This document shows, one piece after another, positions 1 through 9,000 of a DNA stretch of 54,153 bases. A program made the position numbers and the translations under genes. Under the pieces are notes generated by a model. It was not told the origin of the DNA. It did no database searches and saw only the letters and a program-made list of their open reading frames with translations. The stretch spans positions 1 to 54,153 of the forward strand of contig JBBTJN010000179.1 of the NCBI GenBank assembly GCA_038059415.1, read 5' to 3'. The stretch is from Elusimicrobiota bacterium. GTDB taxonomy: Bacteria > Elusimicrobiota > Elusimicrobia > UBA1565 > UBA9628. Every line of letters begins with the position of its first letter. The first letter of the stretch is position 1.

Positions 1-578
1 TGATTCCCCCCTTCTATAGAACTATACTGAATGGCGGGATTGCTTGTGGCGTATATATAAAGCGTGCTTGAAACAGCGTCATAAAACCACTGTTCAAGAG
101 TCCCCTGCCTGTTTACCCAGCCCACATCAGCTAAAATACTGGCGCGCAACACCTCGCTATTATTCAACCATAATCTGTTAGGGTTCCTTGGATATGCCAT
201 TTTCCATATATTGCCGGAGTAAAGTGTCCAATTAGCGGAGACATCCCAACCCGTGATGGGAAGAATGCTTGAAATCACCGGCTTATCGCCGACTTCGTAT
301 GCTGACATAATAATGGGGTTATTTATAGTGCCAACTCCATTAAGATACATCGTAATCCCATCTTTCCACACGCCTCCTCTCTTAAATAAAATATTATCGC
401 CAGGGGAAAAGGTTTTTGAGGAGACCTTGGAAATTGTCTTCCATGGCGCTGATTGCGAAAGACCGTTGTTAGAGTCGGATCCGGAAGGGTCGAGGTAATA
501 AGTGGCGCCTTCGCTCAACCCGGCCGTCATCGGGACCGCGATCATCGCCCACCCCAATAACTTCATTATCTTGGCCAT
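1..578 (-). CDS. Secreted right-handed parallel beta-helix (pectin-lyase-like) protein, N-terminal 192 codons; runs off the left edge
   Basis: Not in the ORF track. Hand translation from ATG 578 (GGGGA upstream) is open to base 1: MAKIMKLLGWAMIAVPMTAGLSEGA-TYYLDPSGSDSNNGLSQSAPWKTISKV...FSPGDNILFKRGGVW. This is a signal peptide plus the typical TYYV..GSDSNxG...PWKT..PGD.ILFKRG start of beta-helix proteins. Visibly lower GC than the rest of the window. Confidence 0.8.
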   Translation of the reverse strand, partial: MAKIMKLLGWAMIAVPMTAGLSEGATYYLDPSGSDSNNGLSQSAPWKTISKVSSKTFSPGDNILFKRGGVWKDGITMYLNGVGTINNPIIMSAYEVGDKPVISSILPITGWDVSANWTLYSGNIWKMAYPRNPNRLWLNNSEVLRASILADVGWVNRQGTLEQWFYDAVSSTLYIYATSNPAIQYSSIEGGN

Positions 579-620
579 AGACGTCCCCTGCCCCAAAAGT
601 CTCGTGGGCCCTGAAGATTA

Positions 621-755
621 CTAATTTACGGATACGTTATTGGCCATGCTCCCGGAGCCATCCAGCAAGATCATGATATTTGTCTGCGGCGCGGCGGCTC
701 GGGCCGTCGCTGCGCCAAGACCCGGCAGGCCGACGTAAAAAACGATGCGCCTCAT
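621..755 (-). pseudogene. 44-aa remnant of a secreted vWA-domain protein
   Basis: Hand translation: MRRIVFYVGLPGLGAATARAAAPQTNIMILLDGSGSMANNVSVN*. Signal-like N-terminus followed by the vWA MIDAS motif (hydrophobic strand + DxSxS), then TAG TAA. Confidence 0.55.
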
Positions 756-888
756 GTTGGCTCTAGTGTAGGCTCGTTGCCGTTCGGAATCAATGCAAGT
801 TGGATGAAAATTCGATTAAAAATCGATTAAAACCGTTGCGGGTCAGCCACCCTTGACGAGCCGTCGTTTCGTTGTCAAACTCTGATCA

Positions 889-2151
889 GTGCAACCGCTT
901 CAGTTGGCCGCCGTCGTGGCCTCCAACGTCCTGCAATCCTATCTGCTGCTTATCGGCATGGTGGACATCGCCATCAGCTTGACCGGTTTGTTCTGGCGGA
1001 AGCAGCGCCGCGAGGAGCCCTCGCGGCAGCACCGCTTCGCCCTCATCATCCCGGCCCACAACGAGGAGAACGTCGTCGGCTGCTGCCTTGACAGTCTCAA
1101 TAAGCTCGACTACCCCAAGGACAAGTTCGATATTTTTTTGGTCGCCGACCACTGCACCGACGCCACCGTGCGCATCGCCCGGGAGCATGGGGCCGCCGTC
1201 TATGAGCATGTCGGTTCGGTGCGCGGCAAGGGCTTCGCCCTCAAGTGGGTCACGGCGAAGATTCTGGCCTTGGAACGCCACGACGCGCTCTGCTACTTCG
1301 ACGCCGACGCCCTGGCTCATCCAAACTTCTTAAACAAGATCAACGCACGGCTGCGGCCCGGGGTGAGCGCGCTGCAGGGACGCCAGATCTCCAAAAACCC
1401 GAATGACGGCTGGATCGCGCGCATGCTCAGCGTGGGTCTGATGATCAGCGCGCGCTTCTGGCACCTGCCCAAGGAACATCTTGGCCTTTCCGCCGCGCTC
1501 CACGGCAAAGGGATGTGCTTTCGCCCCGAGGTGATGCGCGAGCACCAATGGGACGGCGCCTGCCTGACCGAAGACTTGGATATGGAGATGCGGCTGGTGC
1601 GGGCCGGGATCCGCATCCGCTGGGTTGAAGACGCCGTCGTTTACAACGAGGAGCCGGCCACGGTCGCCGCGCACATGAAGCGCCTCTTGCGTTGGACCAG
1701 GGGGGGGATGCAGGTGGCGCGCAAGCATACCGCGCCCCTGTTCTTGCGCGCCTTCAGGCGCCTGGACCCCAGCGCCCTGCAAGCGGCCATCTGGTGCTCT
1801 TTGGTCTTCCGTCCGACATGGTGGATGGTCGCGGCCATGTACCTGACGCATGACTCCTTTCATGTGTCGTTTTGGATCTTTCACCATCTCCCGGCCGTGC
1901 GACCGCGGGTAAAGTTCCTTGTCATCATGCCGCTGCTGCAGTTTCCCGTCCTGGCGCTGTATTGGGAGCGCGCTCCCTGGAAGAGCTACCTGGCCTACTT
2001 GCTGCAGCCCGCGCTGGGATTATTCCGCATCCCGGTGTCCATCTGGAGCATGTTCAGCCCAGCCGATGATTGGTATCGCACGGAGCATAACAGCCGCGTC
2101 ACCATCGCCGACTTAGTTCCCTTGAAGCCCGCCGCCAGCGAGGCGGACTAG
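889..2151 (+). CDS. Membrane glycosyltransferase family 2 (cellulose/PNAG synthase-like)
   Basis: IIPAHNEE, ADHCTD, FDADA, TED and RLLRW (QxxRW variant) motifs; N- and C-terminal hydrophobic segments. Confidence 0.9.
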   Translation: MQPLQLAAVVASNVLQSYLLLIGMVDIAISLTGLFWRKQRREEPSRQHRFALIIPAHNEENVVGCCLDSLNKLDYPKDKFDIFLVADHCTDATVRIAREHGAAVYEHVGSVRGKGFALKWVTAKILALERHDALCYFDADALAHPNFLNKINARLRPGVSALQGRQISKNPNDGWIARMLSVGLMISARFWHLPKEHLGLSAALHGKGMCFRPEVMREHQWDGACLTEDLDMEMRLVRAGIRIRWVEDAVVYNEEPATVAAHMKRLLRWTRGGMQVARKHTAPLFLRAFRRLDPSALQAAIWCSLVFRPTWWMVAAMYLTHDSFHVSFWIFHHLPAVRPRVKFLVIMPLLQFPVLALYWERAPWKSYLAYLLQPALGLFRIPVSIWSMFSPADDWYRTEHNSRVTIADLVPLKPAASEAD

Positions 2152-2152
2152 A

Positions 2153-2959
2153 CTACGGCCTGGACGACGGATTGGCGGGGTTGTTTTGGAGCGCCTGCTG
2201 GTTCTTCTTCACCAAGTTCAGGATGTCCTTCTCGGAGGAGGGCGCGCCGCCGAGCATGACGCCCAGCGGTATCCCCGCAGCGTCGCCGAGCTTCCGGACG
2301 AAGGTCTTGACCGTGCTGTCGACATCCATGGTCGCGGCGGCCTGAGCGACCGCGTCGGGCGAAACCGATTTGATCTGTTTCATGACCACATGAGTCACGT
2401 CAGGCTCTCGAGCGTACTTGAACAGCAGTTTCGCGAAGTTAGGAGAGGCTGAGAGGCCGTTGAGGAACGCGATAGGGTCATGATCCTTGTGCCAGCGCAC
2501 GTTGAGCGCGGCCAGGTCGGCATGGCTGCCCCACTCCTTTTGATAGGCCTTCAAGACGGCGGAGCGGCTCACCTGGGCTAACCATATCTCGCGCAGCTTC
2601 GCCGTCTCGCGCAGGATGAGATCGCGGTCGATGCCCCCCTTCGGCTTGGGCGCGGAGGATTGTCCCGACGCGGGAGAGGCGCTGGGCGCGGAGTCCACGG
2701 AAAACGAGGGCAAGCCGGTCTCAATGGTCTGCATGGCGGCGGGCCTGCGCGTGCTTGACTGCGAAGAGGAGCGCGCGCTGACGGAGGAGGGCCGGGAAAC
2801 CTCCTGCGCGTCGAAGCCCGAGGTCTGCAGTGAAGACTTGGGGGGCCGGCTGTTCTGCAATACCGCCACGCCCGCGCCGATCAGGCACAACAGGGAAACG
2901 ACAACGAGATAGCGGCGCGCTGGTCTAGCTCCAACGGCATTCTCAGACGTGGGATCCAT
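2153..2959 (-). CDS. Hypothetical membrane-anchored protein
   Basis: 268-aa ORF with one N-terminal TM helix, a Ser/Pro-rich linker and a helical C-terminal domain; convergent with the GT2 gene. Confidence 0.7.
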   Translation of the reverse strand: MDPTSENAVGARPARRYLVVVSLLCLIGAGVAVLQNSRPPKSSLQTSGFDAQEVSRPSSVSARSSSQSSTRRPAAMQTIETGLPSFSVDSAPSASPASGQSSAPKPKGGIDRDLILRETAKLREIWLAQVSRSAVLKAYQKEWGSHADLAALNVRWHKDHDPIAFLNGLSASPNFAKLLFKYAREPDVTHVVMKQIKSVSPDAVAQAAATMDVDSTVKTFVRKLGDAAGIPLGVMLGGAPSSEKDILNLVKKNQQALQNNPANPSSRP

Positions 2960-3061
2960 AAGAGCGCTTCCCGACCAATATATCAGCCGTTTCCCAGCCT
3001 GTCAATAGATTGCTGAACTTGGAGAGGCGCGAGGACGCTTCGTCCCAGCCGCCACCTCAGG

Positions 3062-6000
3062 CTAATGATTATCACCGCTCGGAAGTCTCTTGTCCGGGTG
3101 CAAGCCGGGCGCGGCGCCCTTGGATTGGAGGGGTTTCTCCTGGAACGAGGAGTCGCGCGCGATGGCCATAGCGCGCAGGGCCGCGGCGGCCAGAAGAGGC
3201 TTGTCCTTGCTCATCAGCATTTTGAACAGAATCGAGGGCTGGGGCGCTCCGTCCGGGCCCAGGTGCGCGCGCGCGTATTCGGCGAACTTGCCGGAGCGGA
3301 CCACGATCTTGGCCCACGCCTCGGGCGCGGAGAAGTAGGCCTGCTCGTGCTGATAATCAAGCGCGTCGTGATCGGGGCTCACGTTCATGAGACGCTCGAG
3401 CGCCGCCAGATCCCCGGCCCCGCCCGACTTCTCCAGGGCCAGAACGTAGGCGAGCAGCACCGCCCAGTTTCCCTCGCCCACGGAGACATCGTGCTCATCG
3501 AGATATCTGTTGATGCCGTCCGACAGCCCTCCGGAGAGGCGCTCGCGAGCGACCAGCTCGGCCCAGGCGGCGGCCGCCGCGTAGCGCCCGCTGCGGTCTC
3601 CGGCTCCGCGCGTGCCGTTCAGGACCTTCCCAAGCAGGTCCCAAACGCCCTGCGTCGGCGCGCCCGTCTCGCCGAGGAGCTTGAAGATGGCGATCTTGAG
3701 CGTCGTGTCGGCCTTGTTCCACATCGAGTCATCGGAGAACGCGGCGACCAGCTTGCCTTGCATGCCCATGCGCCGGTAGAACTGCGCCAAGCCTTCGGGA
3801 TCCTCGAGGATGTCTTCTACGTCGGCTGGATAGCCCAGCGCGCCCAAAGCGCGCCAAACGGCTGGGAATATTTCTCGTCCATCGTTGGATTTGGCGCGAG
3901 AGAACGCCTCGCGCGTCGCCACGAGGCCTGCGCGCTTGTATATCTCGGCCAAGGCGGCGACGAAGGCCATCTTGAGCGGGACGAAGGCGTCGCCTTGCAG
4001 GAAGCTCGACTTGCGCAGCAATGCCTCTAGGAGCTCGATGTCGGCGCTCCCGCCCAGACGCTGGAGAACCAAAGCCGCGGTCATCGCCATCGGGCTCTCG
4101 GAGCCGAGCTTGACGGGGGGCGCGTCGCCGGACCAGCCGTGCTCGATGATCCAGTTCCGCATCAGAGCGGCTTCCTCGGGGCCGGCAATGCGCGCGTAGG
4201 CCTCGGCGGCGGCGATGCGGATGGAGAGGCCGTCCTGCTCCCCCTTCTGGAGGCGGGACTGGTCGATGAAGCGCAGGAGGAGGCCGCGCAGCTTGGCCGT
4301 CTCGTTGACTGGGTGCGCGGTGGCCGGCTTGTCGAAGGCGACCGCGGCCTTCTCCGTCGCCGGAGCGGCGACGGGCCGGGGGGCCTCCTTGAGTATCTCC
4401 AGCCAGATCTGGGTGCGGCCGGAGGCGCTCGCGTATCCCATGCGCGCGCCAGGGATGTCGCGCAGGCGGCGATAGAGGTCGAGCAGGTAGTGGTTGCGCA
4501 CGATAGGGGAATGGCGGTTCAGGTCGTCGACCATCCGCTGGGCGGCCTCGTAGCCGGCCGGCGGAGTGCCCGTGAAATGGGCGGCGAGGAACTCTCTGTC
4601 CGCCTGAGTCAACTCGGCGTCGAAGCTCACCGTCAGCCGCACGGCGCTCGCGGAGACGAAACTGGCCATTTCGAGCGGCTTGACGACGCCCGCTTTCTGC
4701 GCAACGCCTTTGGCGAAGGTTATGAACTGCTTGAGCCAGCCCTCGCCGACCTCTCCGGGCCGCACCGCGACGGCGGCGACGACGGGCGCGCTCCAACCGG
4801 CCCGCTCCACGGAGTCGCTCACGGCCGAGATCTCGGGGCGAAGCGCGGCGTCGACAGCTTTCGGGTTGTTGTGCAGAGCGGCGACGATCCTCGCCGACGG
4901 CGGCAGGCTCAAAGCCGAACCCGGAGAGAAGAAGGCCCGAGCCGGCGCCGCCTCGGACTTCTTCTCGCTCGCCGCAGGCGCGGCCGGACGCGCGGCGCGC
5001 ATCATTTTGTCGAGGAGGCTCTCGGAGGGCTCCTCCGCCTCGCCGTCGCCGACGAAACGCTCGATGAGCGCGAAAACCTCCGCGGCGACCTGGCGCGCCG
5101 CGCCTTCAACGCCGCTGCGCTCGATTTTTTTATCGGGCTTGGCCTCGGCGGCGAAGACGATCCTGCCGCCCTCGGCCCGGATTTTGATGAGGCCGCCACG
5201 AACGTTCTTGCGTCCCTGGGCGGCCTCTTCCAGGATCCACTTCGCCATCGGATCTATGATGTGCTTCTCGATGGCCGCGGTCATCGGGCGGGCGCCGTAG
5301 AGCGGCGAGAAGCCCTCGATGGCGAGGAAGTCGATGACCGACGGGTCGATCACCAGTTCCGTGTCGTGGCGGTCGACCAGGAGGTCCTTGAACTCCGCGA
5401 TCTGGAGCGAGGCGATCTTGACGATGTCCTGACGGCGCAGGCGGTTGACGCGTATCCACTTGTTCTTGGAGCGCGGGTCCTCGTCGAGGCGGTTCAAAAA
5501 CTCCGGACGGAAGCGGGCCTTGAGGCTCATGGACACGACCTCGTCGAGCTCCTTGTCCCAGGCGTCTTCGAGCTCCTTGATCTTAGAGGCGTGCAGCTCG
5601 GCGGAGGTAATATTCTTCTCAACGGCCTCGATCATGGTCGCGTACTTCTCGCCGTCGACCGTGCCCATGCCGGCGTTGGAGGTCATGATGATGACGGTAT
5701 TCTTGAAGTCGATGGTGCGGCCCTCGCCGTCGGTCAGGCGGCCGTCGTCTAGGATCTGAAGCAGAACGTCGAAGACCTTCGGATGGGCCTTCTCGATCTC
5801 GTCGAAGAGGATGACGGAGTAGGGCTTCTTGCGCACCGCCTCGGTCAGCTGGCCGCCCTCGCCGTAGCCGACATAGCCGGGAGGCGCGCCGGTCAGGCGC
5901 TGGGCGTTGTGCTCCTCCATGTACTCGGACATGTCCATGCGGATCATGGCCTCGGGGTCTTTGAAGAGAAAGCGCGCCAGCTCCTTGGCGAGATAGGTCT

Positions 6001-9000
6001 TGCCCACGCCGGTCGGACCCGTCAGCAGGAACTTGCCCATGGGCCGGTGGGGGTTGGAGAGGCCCGCCTTGTTGCGCCGGATGGCGTTGGCGATGGCTGT
6101 CAGTGCGGGCGCCTGGTTGACCACCCGCTCGCCGACGGTCTTCTCCATATCGTTGTAGCGCGACGGGTCGTCGGCGCCCATGTCGAGCTGGCCGGAGGCG
6201 ATACCCGTCTTCTGCGCGATGACGCGCTTGACCACATCGATGGTGACACGACTCTCGCCGTCCCTGATGGATTCGCGCTCGGCGTAGAGCGCCTCGGCCT
6301 TCTTGATGAGGCCGGCGATGTGGTTATAGGACTCTATGGGCAGGGCCAAAGTCGAGGCGACGGCCTTGTCCATCAGGACCTGGCGCGCCTCGTTGAAGGC
6401 GACGACGAGCCGGCTCCAGATTTCACGCACATCGAGGGTGAGCGCCGAGCGCAGGTTGTCCGGGCGCGCGAACTCGGCGCCATCCTGGACGGCCTTGATG
6501 GCCTTGTCCGGGTTGAAGTTCGTCTTGTCGAACTGGTCGGTGAGCTTGGCGGCGGCCACCAGGGCTTCATCCGGGATGAAGGCGTCGTGGAGCTTGAGCA
6601 GAGAGGCCTTGCGGGCCCGCAGGATAATGATGGTCTCCTCGACGGTGGACTCCACGATGTCGATCTTCTCGAAGCGCCGGCGAAAGGCGTCATCCTTCTC
6701 GATGAACTCCTTGTAATCCTTGCGCGTGGTCGTAGCGATGACGGCGATCTTGCCGTCCCGCAAGGGACCCTTCAGGGCGTTGGCGATCTTCTGGCCGTTG
6801 TTGTCGAGGAAGAACTTCTGGATCTCGTCCATCAAGACGATGACCTCGTTGCCGCGGGCGGGCTTCGCGTCATTGAAGCGCGGCAGGAGGTCGAGGACGG
6901 ACGAGAGGACACCTACGGGATTGTCGGCCGTCAGTATCTTGTTGATGTCGAGCTCGACGAGCCAGCGGCCACGCAGGCGCTGGAACTGGAGGAGGGTCTG
7001 CGAATCCTCGGTCGCGGCGTGCTCGGCGTCCTCGATCATTTCGGCTAGGCCCTCGGCGACCGCGGTCTTGCCGACGCCGGCCTCGCCCACGAGTATGACG
7101 CTGTTGCGCATCCCGCGCGGGGACGTCACGATGGGCAGCATCCGCTTGACCTCCTCGGCGCGGGCGACCACGGGAGGACGCGGCTCGCCGGGGTTCTTGG
7201 CCAAGGGCCGCAGGTAGGTCGCCAGGGCCTTGATCTGCGCGTCGGTGAGGGTCGTGCCGTCCTGCATTTTCCGTTTGCCAAGATAGGACAGCCATTCGGC
7301 GGCGGGGTCGCGGCGCGCGGGGTTCTTGGCGGCCTCGGCCTGGGCCTCGGATGCGTCCAAGTCCCCGCGCGCGGCGGCCTTGGCCCGGGCGGCCGGGGAG
7401 GCGACGACCGGGGCCTCGCCGGGCTGTTCCTTGAAAGGCTTGACCTCGGCGACGGCCGACCCTTCGTCCAGGGTCTCGTCGACCAGCATCTGGCGCGTTG
7501 CCGTCGCGTCGGCTCCGTTAGGGACCTCGAGGAGGGCGAGGAGTTTTTTGACGCTAAATTCCGGTAATTCCATGTACACCAGATTGAGGCGGCGCAGCTT
7601 CGCGTACTCCTTGATCGTCTCCTCGCTCGTTCCGGCTTTGAACTGGACGAGGAGAGACTGCGCATGGTCGTAGCTTACGGCCTCCGGGTAGGGCTGGATC
7701 AGCCGGTCCTCGAGGAAAGCGGCGGCGTTGGGGTGGACCGCGACGGCGAGCACCGCCTCGCTCGCGGCCAGCGTCTTGGCGGCGTCGGCGGCGTCTCGCA
7801 GGTTCTTCGCATGGAGAACGTAAGAGTCGTCATGGCGGGAAAGACGATTCTCCCCGAGCCCGCCCAGGAGGGCCTTGATCTCCTCGGTGGTGGTCTCCGG
7901 CGCGAACTTCACCAGAAGGGTGGAGACGCCGTAATGCGCCTTGGTATGCGAGATCACCTTGGCCGGCAGCGCCACGGCCGCGATTTGGTCGCGCACGACG
8001 AGCGAAACCTTCACGGACATGACCCACTGCTCTGCGGCCAACGCGCGCGCGATCTCCGCGGCATCCGCGGAGGTCTTCGCCGTTATAAGAAACCAGTCGC
8101 CGTGGTTCTCGACTTTATCATAAGCCCTCATGATCCGGTTGACGTCCTTCTTGGGCGCGCCCTCTTCAAAGTCCACGAGGACATTCCTGTCGGAGATATT
8201 CTCACCTAAGACCTTGCCTTGCCAGCGCGCCGTGTCGGCGGTTTCGGCCGCGGGCGCCACGCTCCGCGGCAAGGCGATGAGGTTGAAGAGAGCGCGGGAG
8301 ACGCGCACGTGACGCGCCGCCGGCACGCCCTGGAATATCCTCGCCGCGTGGGCGGCGTCGGCGAGATTGCCCAGCGTCAGCTTGATCTCGGAGATGAAAC
8401 CCAAGCCCTTGGGGGTGTACGTGACCTGGAGTTTGTGAGCAGGCAGACGGTCCTCTCGAGAGCTCAGGTCACTCATCAATTTCTTGAACTTATTCGGAAT
8501 CATCCACGTTTCGACGAATTGACGGTGACTCTCGCCGCTATCTCTCATTAAATCCGCAAACTCGCTCGAGGTCATCCGGTCGATCAACTCGACGGCGACG
8601 ACCAAGGCGTCGAGGGACTCGTCCAGCTCGACCCCCCCGCCCGCAGACTCCGGAACGCGGGCCGCCGCGGGGACCCGGATCACGGCCGCGGGCGTTTCGG
8701 CCTGCAAGAAGAACGTCTTGTGGGAGAGATCGCGGGAGATGCGCACGCGATGCGCCTCCCCCACGCCCTGCAATATCCTCGCCGTGAGGGCGGCGTCGTC
8801 GAGATTGTACAGCGTCAGCCTGGCCTCGGTAACGATACCGGAATTGGTCCGGAACATGCCATGGGGGTCGTGCGTGATCTGGCCTGAGAGGTAACTGGGC
8901 AGATAGCCATCTCCAATGAGCTTGGCCAACTTTGATCTAAACTCAGCCGGAGTCATATGGCCGGTGAGCTCGACGGCGACGACCAAGGCGTCGAGGGAAT

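Noticed and set aside
253-498. 81-aa plus-strand ORF in the track
   Set aside because: It is the antisense shadow of the real minus-strand gene 1..578.
5000-7200. Calling the giant protein ClpB or T6SS ClpV
   Set aside because: It lacks the Clp N-domain, the NBD1 pore loop and the long M-domain, and no T6SS genes are nearby.
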